NCBI GenBank assembly: GCA_021793315.1
Contig: JAJYSZ010000002.1
Coordinates: forward strand, 14,823 to 78,822
DNA from: Bacillota bacterium
GTDB lineage: Bacteria > Bacillota > Sulfobacillia > JAJZYS01 > JAJYTV01
Reading direction: 5' to 3'
DNA: 64,000 bases
How positions within the stretch are numbered: position 1 is the stretch's first letter; each line of letters opens with the position of its first letter. Of the stretch, positions 20,350 to 30,966 are shown piece after piece. The position numbers and the translations under genes are program-made. The notes beneath the pieces were generated by a model. The model saw only the letters and a list, made by a program, of their open reading frames with translations. It ran no database searches and was not told where the DNA came from.

Positions 20350-20353
<4 letters not shown>
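19391..20353 (-). CDS. Mevalonate kinase
   Basis: Contains GQAHAKVIIVGEHAAVFG and PIGRGLGSSAA. The GTG start overlaps the HMG-CoA reductase stop as GTGA. Confidence 0.85.
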
Positions 20354-21627
<1,274 letters not shown>

Positions 21628-21690
21628 ATCTCGACCTCCCGGGGCCAGAGCGGCCCGGCGGCTTTACTGTTGGTTCATCCCGACTATCGT

Positions 21691-21704
21691 ATGTGAATCA
21701 TGAT
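21691..21704. promoter_or_regulatory. Perfect 14-bp palindrome TGAATCATGATTCA in a lower-GC divergent intergenic region. Further dyads nearby: TGACGTCA and GTCAC-N11-GTGAC at ~21750-21785.
   Basis: Read directly from the sequence. It sits between the HMG-CoA reductase start (minus strand) and the ribbon-helix-helix gene (plus strand). Confidence 0.3.
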
Positions 21705-21787
21705 TCATCAGGTCATATATCACCGTGTTCTTGCGCTATGGCTCACCAGGGCTTGCTACTTCGTCACGATGATGTCATAGTGACGTC

Positions 21788-22234
21788 ATGAAGCTGTCAA
21801 CTGTGACGCAGGAGATCCTGGCTGATCTGCTCGGGGCTGTGCAGAGCATCGATCCCGCCTCGGGCGACCGCTTGGCGCGCGTGCTGCCGGTGGCCGCGGG
21901 GACCGTTTCGGTGCACCTGCTCGGGCTCGTCACCGACCTCTCCAGCGAGCTCTCGGGAGTGCTGCCGGCGGGCCGGGTGGAGGTGCGCCTCGTGTCCGCC
22001 GAGTCGCCCGAGCTCGTCTATGTCGCCGCGGAGCCTCTGCCCGCCGCGCCGGACGACGGAGAGCAGGCCCGCGTGACGCTGCGGCTGCCCGTGGCCCTCA
22101 AGGAACGGGCGGAGCGGGCGGCCGAGGATGCTGGCGTCTCCTTGAACTCCTGGATCGTGAACCAGCTGACGGATGGACTGCGCAGCCGTCCGCGGGAGAG
22201 CGGGCGGCGCCTCAGAGGCTTCGGAAAGGCCTGA
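21788..22234 (+). CDS. Small protein with a C-terminal ribbon-helix-helix DNA-binding motif (Arc/CopG/HicB-antitoxin-like)
   Basis: C-terminus reads RVTLRLPVALKERAERAAEDAGVSLNSWIVNQL. The N-terminal 90 aa match no family I recognise. Confidence 0.6.
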   Translation: MKLSTVTQEILADLLGAVQSIDPASGDRLARVLPVAAGTVSVHLLGLVTDLSSELSGVLPAGRVEVRLVSAESPELVYVAAEPLPAAPDDGEQARVTLRLPVALKERAERAAEDAGVSLNSWIVNQLTDGLRSRPRESGRRLRGFGKA

Positions 22235-22258
22235 ATCTGCAGATGGAGGTGCGTTCGC

Positions 22259-23191
22259 ATGCCAGAGTTCGAGACGCCCGGTGCCGTAAGAGTTCAGGTG
22301 AGCTGCGAGGCCGGCGAGGTGCGGCTGGAGACGCAGTCCGCAGAGCGCACGGAGGTGGAGCTGCGGGCGCTTTCGGGCCAGTCGCAGGCACAGGTGGAGG
22401 CGACGCGCGTCGAGTGCCGCGAGGAAGCGGAGGGACACAGGCTCATTGTCGATGTCCCCTCTCCCCGCCGCGGGTTCATGTTCGGCAACTACGGTGTCGA
22501 GGTGCAGATCCGCGTGCCCGAAGGCACGACCCTCGACATCACGACCGCCTCGGCGGATGTGCGGGCGGAAGGGCGGTTTGCTGGCGGCCTCATCCGCACC
22601 GTTTCGGGCGACGTGCAGGCCGAGACCTTCACCGGCACCCTGGCCGTCACGACCGCCAGCGGAGACGTCAAGGTGGATGAGGCCCTCGCCTCGCTGCAGG
22701 TGCGCACCGCTTCCGGGGACATCGTCGTCGAGCACGCCAAGGGCGAACTGAGCCTCGACGCCCAGTCCGGTGACATCAGCGTGCGGACCGCGGAGGGCGA
22801 CGCGAGGCTGCGGGGATCCTCGAGCGAGGTGCAGGTCTGGACGGCGGCAGGCAGGCTCGAGGTGAAGACCTCGTCCGGCGACGTGATGGTGCATGAGGTG
22901 CACGTCGGCGGTGCCGTCTCGACGAACACGGGCGACGTGGATCTGATCTCGGTGCGCAGCGGCAAGGTGACGGTGGAGACGATGTCCGGCGACGTGCAGG
23001 TCGGGATCGCGCCAGGCTCGCAGGTGGCCGTGGACACGGAGACCCGCAGTGGAGACGTCCGGTCCGACATCGTGCTGTCGGACACGGCGGAGGCCACGGG
23101 AGCCGGAGGGCCAAAGGTGACGCTCGAGGTGCGGACGATGTCCGGCGACATCAGTTTGCGGCGCGGCAGGCCCATCGAGGCGCAGGCGTAG
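22259..23191 (+). CDS. DUF4097-type beta-strand repeat protein (putative adhesin/LiaF-like fold)
   Basis: About 12 tandem repeats of the form (S/T)GDV..V, such as SGDVQAETF, SGDVKVDEA, SGDIVVEHA and SGDISVRTA. Confidence 0.75.
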   Translation: MPEFETPGAVRVQVSCEAGEVRLETQSAERTEVELRALSGQSQAQVEATRVECREEAEGHRLIVDVPSPRRGFMFGNYGVEVQIRVPEGTTLDITTASADVRAEGRFAGGLIRTVSGDVQAETFTGTLAVTTASGDVKVDEALASLQVRTASGDIVVEHAKGELSLDAQSGDISVRTAEGDARLRGSSSEVQVWTAAGRLEVKTSSGDVMVHEVHVGGAVSTNTGDVDLISVRSGKVTVETMSGDVQVGIAPGSQVAVDTETRSGDVRSDIVLSDTAEATGAGGPKVTLEVRTMSGDISLRRGRPIEAQA

Positions 23192-23303
23192 CCGGCGGGC
23201 TTACCGGGAATTCTGCCCGTCGAAAGGCAGCGAGGCCAGGTGCGTTGCGTGCACAGGGTTCTCGATGCGCGAGGTTCCTTTGGCTCGCGGGCATGGGGTA
23301 GGC

Positions 23304-23344
23304 AAAAAGCAGACGGGAGGTCCCTACCCCGTCTGCTTTTGTCG
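23304..23344. terminator. Bidirectional intrinsic terminator between convergent genes
   Basis: Sequence aaaaagcagacggg aggtccctac cccgtctgctttt: a perfect 13-bp stem with an A-run on one side and a T-run on the other. Confidence 0.5.
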
Positions 23345-23388
23345 GTACGATGCTGGCCAGCGTCGCGAGGCGGCCAGAACGCCTGGGT

Positions 23389-24195
23389 TCAGTCTTGTAT
23401 CGCCAAGGCCACCGGCCGGATTGGGGACCCGGTCCCACCCGCAACCTTGAGGGGAAGAGCCATGAAGAGAAACTCGTGGATCCTGCGAGCGGCTAGCTCC
23501 TCTAGGAAGAGGTTCTCCATGATGTGGATGCCTCGTCGGACGATCAGGACCACATGCCCAGGCAGCGTCGTGCCAATCTCCGGATCGACGAAACCCGGAA
23601 GATCCCAGGCAACGTTGTCACTGCCGACCGCGAACACGCCCCGATCGCCGAGCCACGTCGATGCCGCAGCCGTCATGCCAGGTGCAGCGAGGTATCGGTC
23701 CGGGTCAGACCAGTACCTGCCATAGCCCGTTCGCACCAGCACCACATCGCCATCTCCGACTTCAACCCCGGATCGCTTGGCCGCACGCTCCAGAGTCGCG
23801 GCCTCCACTATGCTCTGCGGCACAAGATCTGCGTCTTGTGCGAGATCCAGCAGGACACCGCGTCTGGCGATAGGGGCAATCGTGTCCACGCCGAGTTCCG
23901 TAAACCCGGCGCTGGTCTGCACCTTCGCTGTTACCGCGGCACCACCATACAGGTGCAAGTCCTCGGCTTGATGACACAGTGCGTCGATATGCGTTCCGGA
24001 GTGTTCGGCCATGTAAAGCATCCCGGACGCGCTCGTGCGGCGCTCAAGACCCGCCTCGTGGCGACGGTGAAGCGTGAACACGAAGCCCGGCCGGTGGCCC
24101 GGAAAGACAGGGTCCTGCGCGCGGCGCGGCTGCTCAAGGTCGTAAAAGCGCCCCCGACGGATGGCGCTGAGGACTTCCGACTCAGTCCTGGTCAT
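23389..24195 (-). CDS. Cyclase-family protein (kynurenine formamidase-like metal-dependent hydrolase)
   Basis: Contains HSGTHIDALCH. Its ATG at 24195 overlaps the pxpA stop as ATGA. The track's upstream M at 24318 lies inside pxpA. Confidence 0.75.
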   Translation of the reverse strand: MTRTESEVLSAIRRGRFYDLEQPRRAQDPVFPGHRPGFVFTLHRRHEAGLERRTSASGMLYMAEHSGTHIDALCHQAEDLHLYGGAAVTAKVQTSAGFTELGVDTIAPIARRGVLLDLAQDADLVPQSIVEAATLERAAKRSGVEVGDGDVVLVRTGYGRYWSDPDRYLAAPGMTAAASTWLGDRGVFAVGSDNVAWDLPGFVDPEIGTTLPGHVVLIVRRGIHIMENLFLEELAARRIHEFLFMALPLKVAGGTGSPIRPVALAIQD

Positions 24196-24980
24196 GATGG
24201 AAGTCCTCGCCGGCTTAGCACCTCCGCCATCGGTACCACGTCTATGCCCGCAGCGGTAAATGCCTGTCGCAGTTGTGCTGTCAGGGCTGCCGCCCCAGGG
24301 GTGTCGCCGTGTACGCAAATGGTATCCACCTGAAGATCGATGAACGTGCCGTCCACAGCGCGCACGCGCCCCTCGCGTACCATGCCAACGGCTCGCTCGA
24401 TGACCCGGCCTGGGTCGCGGATGACCGCCCCTTCCTGCTTGCGCGAGACGAGCGTGCCATCCGGCTGGTACTCCCTATCCGCAAAGACCTCATGAGCGAC
24501 GGGCAGACCCGCCACCTCAGCAGCCTTGCCAAGCCACCCACCATAGGCTACGACGATCAAGTCCTCGCCGTAGTCGGCAATGCCCGCAACGATGGCTTCT
24601 GCAAGGTCCCGGTCGTAGAAGGCCAGGTTGTTGAATTGTCCGTGAGGCTTGACGTGGCGCAGACGTGTATGATTCCGGCGGCAAAAGGCGTCGAGCGCCC
24701 CAATCTGATACAGCACATCCGTGCGGGCCTCAAGGGAAGTCACCTTGAGGTCACGGCGGCCGAAACCGACCAGATCAGGGAAGCCAGGATGTACCCCTAC
24801 TGCGACACCTCGCTCCACAGCCCGCCTCACCGTATGGTCCATGACTCGGGGATCTCCGGCGTGAAAGCCACAAGCGACGTTGGCCGACGAGATGCTTTCA
24901 AGTACGGTATCGTCTTCCCCCATGCGGAACGGACCAAAACTCTCGCCCATGTCACAGTTGATGTCCACGCTCAACGCCAT
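24192..24980 (-). CDS. pxpA: 5-oxoprolinase subunit A (LamB/YcsF family)
   Basis: Starts MALSVDINCDMGESFG...VACGFHAGDP. A GGGAGG site lies 8 nt upstream of the ATG at 24980. Confidence 0.85.
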   Translation of the reverse strand: MALSVDINCDMGESFGPFRMGEDDTVLESISSANVACGFHAGDPRVMDHTVRRAVERGVAVGVHPGFPDLVGFGRRDLKVTSLEARTDVLYQIGALDAFCRRNHTRLRHVKPHGQFNNLAFYDRDLAEAIVAGIADYGEDLIVVAYGGWLGKAAEVAGLPVAHEVFADREYQPDGTLVSRKQEGAVIRDPGRVIERAVGMVREGRVRAVDGTFIDLQVDTICVHGDTPGAAALTAQLRQAFTAAGIDVVPMAEVLSRRGLPS

Positions 24981-25018
24981 CTCATTACCTCCCGTAACTT
25001 CTAAAAATAAGCGTTGGT

Positions 25019-25051
25019 GCGGACTCCGCCTCCGCAGGGAGTGGAGTCCGC
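25019..25051 (-). other. Intra-operon stem-loop (GCGGACTCC...GGAGTCCGC), followed on the minus strand by TTATTTTT, 8 nt downstream of the stem. Possible attenuator or partial terminator between pxpC and pxpA.
   Basis: The inverted repeat is read directly from the sequence. Confidence 0.3.
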
Positions 25052-25095
25052 TTGGGAACCGAATCTTCAGCACATGACAAGGGCACTGCAGAGGT

Positions 25096-26016
25096 TCAGG
25101 CCAAGGTCTCAAGAAGCGCGCGCTGGCGCCGTAGGGCGTCAAGCGCCTCAGGTAGCTCGACGACTTCGAAGCTCACTCGGTCTCCTGGAACAAACTGCGC
25201 GAGTGCCGCCAGATCGGCCGTGATCACATGCGCGATGGTGGAGTATCCACCGATGGTCCCGCGAGATTTCAGTAGAATGAGCGGCTCGCCTTCGGGCGGC
25301 AACTGCACACTACCGATGGCCATGCCTTCTGAGACCGCATCACCTCGCGGTGGTGCGCCGCTCAACGGAACACCTTGAAGGCGCAGCCCGACCCGGTCGG
25401 AGTGTGCGGAAACCGTGTAGTCCTGCGCCACCAACGCCTGCAGGGTACCTTCGGGGAATCGATCAATCCGCATGCCGGGAAGAATGCGCACCGCATCGCG
25501 TGCCAGACAAGTGTCGACGGCAGCAGCCTCGATGTTCCGTACGGAACCGTCCGCGTACTCGAGGACGTCACCCGCAGCAAGACGCCGCCCATGCAGTCCT
25601 CCGAAGCCGGCCACCAAGTCAGTGGACCGGCTGCCGAGCACTTCAGGTACGTCTATACCTCCGGCGAAGCCGATGTAGGCCCTGGCACCTCTGCGCCGAC
25701 CACTGAACTGCACGCGACTGCCTGGTTCCAGGTGACGCACTGTTCCGGGTTGCCAGGGAGTGCCATCGACCGTTGCACCGAGGTCTGCCCCCGCAAGGGA
25801 GATAAAGCCGGGGTCGAGAGCCTCCAAGGTTGGGCCGAGCAGTGTCGCCTCAAGCACTGCGGCGCCTGGGAGGTTGCCTAGAAGTTGATTCGCCCAGGTT
25901 GCGGCGAAGTCATCAAGCACCCCGCTTACCATGATGCCTAGGTGTTCGTAGCCATACCGCCCTCGGTCCTGGACGCTCGTCAGAAGACCAGGGGATACCA
26001 CCTTCACCCGGGCCAT
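25096..26016 (-). CDS. pxpC: 5-oxoprolinase subunit C (KipA/allophanate-hydrolase-subunit-2 family)
   Basis: Starts VSPGLLTSVQDRGR. The start overlaps the pxpB stop (TGATG/GTGA). Confidence 0.85.
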   Translation of the reverse strand: MARVKVVSPGLLTSVQDRGRYGYEHLGIMVSGVLDDFAATWANQLLGNLPGAAVLEATLLGPTLEALDPGFISLAGADLGATVDGTPWQPGTVRHLEPGSRVQFSGRRRGARAYIGFAGGIDVPEVLGSRSTDLVAGFGGLHGRRLAAGDVLEYADGSVRNIEAAAVDTCLARDAVRILPGMRIDRFPEGTLQALVAQDYTVSAHSDRVGLRLQGVPLSGAPPRGDAVSEGMAIGSVQLPPEGEPLILLKSRGTIGGYSTIAHVITADLAALAQFVPGDRVSFEVVELPEALDALRRQRALLETLA

Positions 26017-26726
26017 CACCGGACCTCCTCCAGTTCCAGGCCACCAGACGCGGCTGCTGACTCAAGTCGCCTATATTCGGACTCCGTGATGGGCACGAAT
26101 CGCAGACTGTCACCTGGATGGAATACGACGGGCGGATCCATGCGCACGTCAAAGAGCGGCACCGGTGTGCGCCCAATTAGCTGCCAGCCGCCAGGAGATG
26201 TGGCAGGATAGACTCCGGTCTGCCGACCCGCAAGCCCCACGGAGCCCGCGGGAACCTTTGGCCTGGGGGTAGGACGCCTCGGTGTCTCGAGGTCGGCAGG
26301 CAGGACGCCGCAAAGCGGGAATCCGGGTGAAAATCCCAGGCAGAATATGCGGAAGTCTTGAGCAGTATGACGCTCGACTACTGCATTCGGACTGAGTCGG
26401 AGCCGCTCGGCGACCTCCTCCAAATCTGGTCCAAAAGCTCCCCCATAGCACGTCGGCACGAGAAACCGACGGCCCGGACGGACAGCTTCCAGTTGCGTCA
26501 GTGATTTGGCGCGGTCGATCACGGCATCGGCCGAGGTGATGAGGGGGTCGTACTCGATTAGCAGCGTTGTGTATGCAGGCACGACACCTTGAACGCCCTC
26601 GGGCGGCGCCATCAGCAATGCCTGCGCGAGGCGCTGCGCCTCCTTGTTAACCTCCTCGTCGATCTCCCTGCCGAACTCGAGTAGAACAGCCGCATCCCCA
26701 GCTGGGACCACCCGGAAGCCCGCCAT
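26016..26726 (-). CDS. pxpB: 5-oxoprolinase subunit B (KipI family)
   Basis: An AAGGAAGG site lies 8 nt upstream of the ATG at 26726. Translation begins MAGFRVVPAGDAAVLLEF. Confidence 0.85.
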   Translation of the reverse strand: MAGFRVVPAGDAAVLLEFGREIDEEVNKEAQRLAQALLMAPPEGVQGVVPAYTTLLIEYDPLITSADAVIDRAKSLTQLEAVRPGRRFLVPTCYGGAFGPDLEEVAERLRLSPNAVVERHTAQDFRIFCLGFSPGFPLCGVLPADLETPRRPTPRPKVPAGSVGLAGRQTGVYPATSPGGWQLIGRTPVPLFDVRMDPPVVFHPGDSLRFVPITESEYRRLESAAASGGLELEEVR

Positions 26727-26743
26727 TGTATTACCTTCCTTGA

Positions 26744-28006
26744 TCAGGCTCCTGCCGACTCCGCGGCGGTCGCGGTGAGCTCGCGTCCCTTGGTCTCGGG
26801 CAGGAACAGCAGTGCGATGATGCACAAGAGGTATGTCGCCGGACCGAATACGGAAATTGCCCCTGCAAGTCCATAGGTGCCCGCCAACGAACCCACGATC
26901 AGCGGAGCGAACGCCGCTGCACCTCTGCCGAAGTTGTACGCAAATCCCTGGCCAGCGCCGCGCGCCGACGTTGGGAAGAGTTCAGCCAGATAAGGACCGA
27001 AGCCGCTGAATATCCCTGAGGCGAAGAAGCCCAGGGGCAAGCTCAGGGCAAGCATAGTGCCGTTTGAGATCTGGAAGTGGGTGTATAGCAGGATCACCAC
27101 GCCGCTGCAGATCGCAAAGATTGCAAAGTTCAGCTTGCGACCAAGCACGTCGGTGATGTACCCGGACAGGAGGTAGCCGATGAAGGAACCCAAGATGATC
27201 AGTAGGAGATATGGCCCCGACCCGATGACCGACAAACCCCGATCGACCTTAAGGTAGGTCGGCAGCCACGTAAAGATTGCGTAGTAGCCGCTTTGGGCTC
27301 CAACTGCGAGGATCGACGTGAACACGGTGGTGCGCAGCACGTTGCGATTGAACAACCGGAAAAAGCTAACGCCGGCGGCCGCCTCCTTCCGACGCTCACG
27401 CCAGATGGTGGGCTCCTCGACGTGGCGCAACACGTAGAACACAAGGATGGCGGGCAAGATGCCAATCCAGAACATAGCGCGCCAACCCATGCTGCCGAGG
27501 TTCGGCAGGATCAGGAAGGACGCGATCACGGCAACTCCCCAGCCAATGGCCCAAGATCCCTGGACGAGGCCAAGCAGTCTTCCACGGTAGCGCGATGCCA
27601 CCGTCTCGGCAACCAGTACCGAACCCACGGCCCATTCGCCGCCGAACCCTAGTCCTTCGAAGCCGCGGAAGACGAGCAGCATGCTATAAGACGTAGCGAG
27701 ACCGGACAGGAAAGTGAACACGGAGTACAGGATGATGGCGGCTGCCAGTGTACGCACGCGGCCCACACGGTCTGCCACGGTCCCCGCTATGACGCCTCCC
27801 AGCGCGGAGACGGCCAAGGTGACAGTGCCAAGGAGTCCGCCCTGGGCGTCGGTGAGCTTGAACACCGTAATCAGCGTCGCAAGGACCAGCGTGTACAGCA
27901 TGTAGTCAAAACCGTCGAGTCCCCAGCCCATGAACGTAGCCCAGAATGCAGGACGCTCACGTGAGGTGAGACGCAGGAGACCAGTTCGCTCAGGATCGGA
28001 CACCAT
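26744..28006 (-). CDS. MFS transporter (anion:cation symporter-like)
   Basis: Twelve predicted helices and MFS loop motifs (GTVADRVGR, GFEGLGFGGEW). A GGGAGG site lies 8 nt upstream of the ATG at 28006. Confidence 0.85.
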   Translation of the reverse strand: MVSDPERTGLLRLTSRERPAFWATFMGWGLDGFDYMLYTLVLATLITVFKLTDAQGGLLGTVTLAVSALGGVIAGTVADRVGRVRTLAAAIILYSVFTFLSGLATSYSMLLVFRGFEGLGFGGEWAVGSVLVAETVASRYRGRLLGLVQGSWAIGWGVAVIASFLILPNLGSMGWRAMFWIGILPAILVFYVLRHVEEPTIWRERRKEAAAGVSFFRLFNRNVLRTTVFTSILAVGAQSGYYAIFTWLPTYLKVDRGLSVIGSGPYLLLIILGSFIGYLLSGYITDVLGRKLNFAIFAICSGVVILLYTHFQISNGTMLALSLPLGFFASGIFSGFGPYLAELFPTSARGAGQGFAYNFGRGAAAFAPLIVGSLAGTYGLAGAISVFGPATYLLCIIALLFLPETKGRELTATAAESAGA

Positions 28007-28177
28007 GCCACTACCTCCCTGGAACTCAAGATTCATCAGACGGTCCGTACGTTTCGTTCCTTGGTCTCTATATTCCTCCGTGTAACTATAAAGTCGCTGT
28101 TTTTCGGAACGTCAAGTCTGTGCTACCCTACCCTGAGGAACGTATTCCAACAGCGGCTTGTACGAGGAGACTGGTGC

Positions 28178-29077
28178 GTGGCCCAAAAAGATCTCAGCGC
28201 CGTCGAGAAAGCCCTTTACCTACTAGACTTCTTCAGCCAGGGCCAAAGCGCCCGGAGCTTGACGGATATCTCCAACGCGTCTGGCCTCAGCAAGGCAACT
28301 TGCCATCGCACTCTGCAGGTGTTGCACAAGTACGGCCTTCTGGAGCGAGAAGGCGACAGCTATCGTCTCGGCTATCGGCTCCTTGAGCTTGCCGCGCACG
28401 TCAGAGGTTCCCTGGAGCCCTTGAACGTGGGCCGTGACCTGATGGAACATTTGCGCAACGAAGTGGATCAATCGGTGCAACTCGTGGTGCGCAGTGGCGA
28501 CGAGGTGGTGTACGCCGAAGTGCTTCCACCGTTTTCGCCGTCTCGCCTGTACGTCCGCTTAGGGAGGCGTGCCCCTCTCTATGCTGGTGCCTCAGGCCGC
28601 CTGCTCCTTGCCGCCATGTCAAATGAGGAAGTGGCAGACCTGCTTGCTCGAATCGAACTTCACCGCTACACCGGTCGTACCCCACACACGCGACATGAAG
28701 TCACGGAAAGCGTTTTTGCCACGCGGGAAACTTGGTGCACTCGCAGTTTGGGAGAACTCGAGCGCTACTCCTCAGAGCTGGCTGTTCCAATCTTCGGTTC
28801 CGGGGGCAACGTACTGGCCGCTCTAAGCCTTGCCGGATCAGATACAGCGTACCTAGAGCCCGAAACACTCAAGACGCTATTGCTCGCGTTGGATGAGACG
28901 GCTATTGGAATCTCGCGCAGGCTCGGCTTCTATGCCGCATGGCCGACGAAGCCTGACGCCTTTCTCGAGTCCTGCAGAACGTCTAAACCCGAAAGTGTCC
29001 GTGATGACCTAGAGGAAAGCCCGGAGTGGCCGACTGCTCCTCGGTCCACCGCTTCGGCCAGCGATCCTCAAGGCTAG
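28178..29077 (+). CDS. IclR-family transcriptional regulator, divergent from the MFS/pxp genes
   Basis: N-terminal HTH reads LSAVEKALYLLDFF...LTDISNASGLSKATCHRTLQVL, with an IclR effector domain behind it. Likely GTG start at 28178, 8 nt after GAGGAG. Confidence 0.8.
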   Translation: MAQKDLSAVEKALYLLDFFSQGQSARSLTDISNASGLSKATCHRTLQVLHKYGLLEREGDSYRLGYRLLELAAHVRGSLEPLNVGRDLMEHLRNEVDQSVQLVVRSGDEVVYAEVLPPFSPSRLYVRLGRRAPLYAGASGRLLLAAMSNEEVADLLARIELHRYTGRTPHTRHEVTESVFATRETWCTRSLGELERYSSELAVPIFGSGGNVLAALSLAGSDTAYLEPETLKTLLLALDETAIGISRRLGFYAAWPTKPDAFLESCRTSKPESVRDDLEESPEWPTAPRSTASASDPQG

Positions 29078-29096
29078 GGCGCCGCCTCTCACGTTC

Positions 29097-29744
29097 TTGG
29101 CGCGCGACACTTCGGCAGTTGGGGGCACGCCCATGCAGGTGCAGTTGCATCGGACCACCTGGAAGCCTCTCACCGCCACGTTTCTGGCGGTAGGCGTGCC
29201 GCCGGAATCGCGCAACCGCTTGCTGCGCCGCGTGACTCAGCTCTTCGCCGGACTTCTCCTCTACGGTATCAGCGACTCGCTCCTAGTGTTGGGCGGGCTT
29301 GGCCTGGACCCCTGGGACGTGTTTCAGCAGGGACTCGCGCGTCACACCGCTATACCTATCGGCACATGGTCCATTCTGGTAGGGATCGCGGTGCTGTTCC
29401 TCTGGATTCCCCTGCGCCAACGACCTGGTATCGGCACGGTGGCCAACGCCATACTTGTCGGTGCCACCATGGACGTTGTGCTGTCCATGACCCCCACCCC
29501 TCATGCACTGTGGGTGCGGGCGATTCTCATGGCCGCCGGCGTGGGCCTGAACGGCATCGCCACCGGTGCTTACATCGGCGCAGGCCTCGGACCAGGACCA
29601 CGAGACGGGCTGATGGTAGGGCTCGCTGCGCGGGGTTACTCCCTGCGCTTGGTCCGAACTTGCATTGAAGTCACCGTGCTCATAGCAGGTTGGATCCTGG
29701 GCGGCAATGTCGGCATCGGATCGGCACGGTGGCCTACGCACTAG
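29097..29744 (+). CDS. YczE-like integral membrane protein
   Basis: Motif LLRRVTQLFAGLLLYGISDSLLVLGGLGLDPWDVF and about six hydrophobic helices. Confidence 0.6.
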   Translation: MARDTSAVGGTPMQVQLHRTTWKPLTATFLAVGVPPESRNRLLRRVTQLFAGLLLYGISDSLLVLGGLGLDPWDVFQQGLARHTAIPIGTWSILVGIAVLFLWIPLRQRPGIGTVANAILVGATMDVVLSMTPTPHALWVRAILMAAGVGLNGIATGAYIGAGLGPGPRDGLMVGLAARGYSLRLVRTCIEVTVLIAGWILGGNVGIGSARWPTH

Positions 29745-30966
29745 GCATTGGTCCCCTGGCTCACGCTTTCATTCCCCGTTTCACCCTCCGGGACGCAGGA
29801 AGTAAACCAGAACCCACGTCGTAATGAACGGGCTCCCTGACCTATGCAGGCGTTGCGTACCGATCGGACCTGGGCAAGTACGGTTCCGTGTGGTCTTATC
29901 CCAGTCATACGGCCCGCTCTACCCCGGAGACCTGCGACCTCTCCCCGTCCGAGTCGGCGTCAGTGCGTAGCAGGTCGAGATCGCCTGGCAGCGAGTTTGC
30001 ATCTCGTCCCGCAGAACTCCGGCGCGCTGAGCGTCGACGGTGCCACCTGCTTCAGCCAGGGCGGTCTCACGCTGGTACGCCAGGACGCGAACGACTGGGC
30101 GCTGCTCTCGGCTCGAGCGGCTTGCGAGCCGTCTCGGGCGTCGTGCGTCAAGTGTTGGTACGGGATATCGGCTCGGCTGTCGTCGTGACACAAACCACCG
30201 CGAACGGCCAAAGCACCGTCACGGTATCGGAGAGCGGTGGCGTGCTGCAGACTTCGGACGGGCACACGGTGACTCTTCCTTCCGGGGTGCCGGCAACGGC
30301 CGGCGTGTTCCTCCTGCCGTTACCGTAAACTGGCTCGACACGGGTGCCATGGCCGTTTGAACCACCTGGTCCTTCCAGGTACTGTGAGGTGATGAGCGGC
30401 CTGCCTGCGAAGCAGCAGGGAGCGTCCCCGCGAAGGAGCTCGCCCCCGTCCGCCAGCGGTGCGAACCGTCGTGGAGTCCCGCTTGGTGGAACCCGGCCAA
30501 GTAGCCCGCTAGTCTCGGGCTACTTTCGCTTGATGCGGGTTCCGGCGGTCACTGAGGTGCTCGACTGCCAAGGAGCCCTTCGGCAGAAGTCCGCTTTACA
30601 CCCGACGGCGTTTCCGTCTTGCGCCGGGCCGGCACTGGAGGCCGACAGGAGGGAGGTTCGCGAGGAGACTAACTCCTTGCAGACGATATGCGTTTCCGGT
30701 TATTCCATTTCCCCCCTGGCAGCGAAGAAGCCGGCGACCGACCGCGGGCGGTGAGAGGCGACGGTCACTCGGCTGTGTGCACTCAGGCTCTGCCGCCATC
30801 GCGATCGCCTTCTCGCCTTACGGCGTGCGGACTGGAGCAACTGGGCACTGCTCAGGTTGGACGAAGGGTTCCATGACCGCAGGTCGTTCAGCAGCAGAGG
30901 AAGGACCCCTCCCCGCAAGGGAGGGTCCACAGCGCGGCGGAGCCAGCGGCAGCGGGTACCGGCCTG

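Noticed and set aside
21797-23175. Minus-strand ORFs 21797..22903 and 22489..23175
   Set aside because: They overlap the RHH and DUF4097 genes, whose repeat structure is clearly protein-coding on the plus strand.
30344-30760. Possible RNase P, tmRNA or SRP RNA in the ORF-free region
   Set aside because: Short resemblances are present (GAACCCGGC, GAAGUCCG, GAAGCAGCAGGG), but they are in the wrong order or strand for RNase P RNA. No tmRNA ends or SRP domain IV consensus are seen. The region is kept only as an unassigned structured region.
30903-30930. Hairpin GGACCCCTCCCC-gcaa-GGGGAGGGTCC just downstream of the surface-protein stop
   Set aside because: The stem is stable but no U-tract follows on the minus strand. 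It could be a Rho-dependent or processing site, but I did not call it a terminator.
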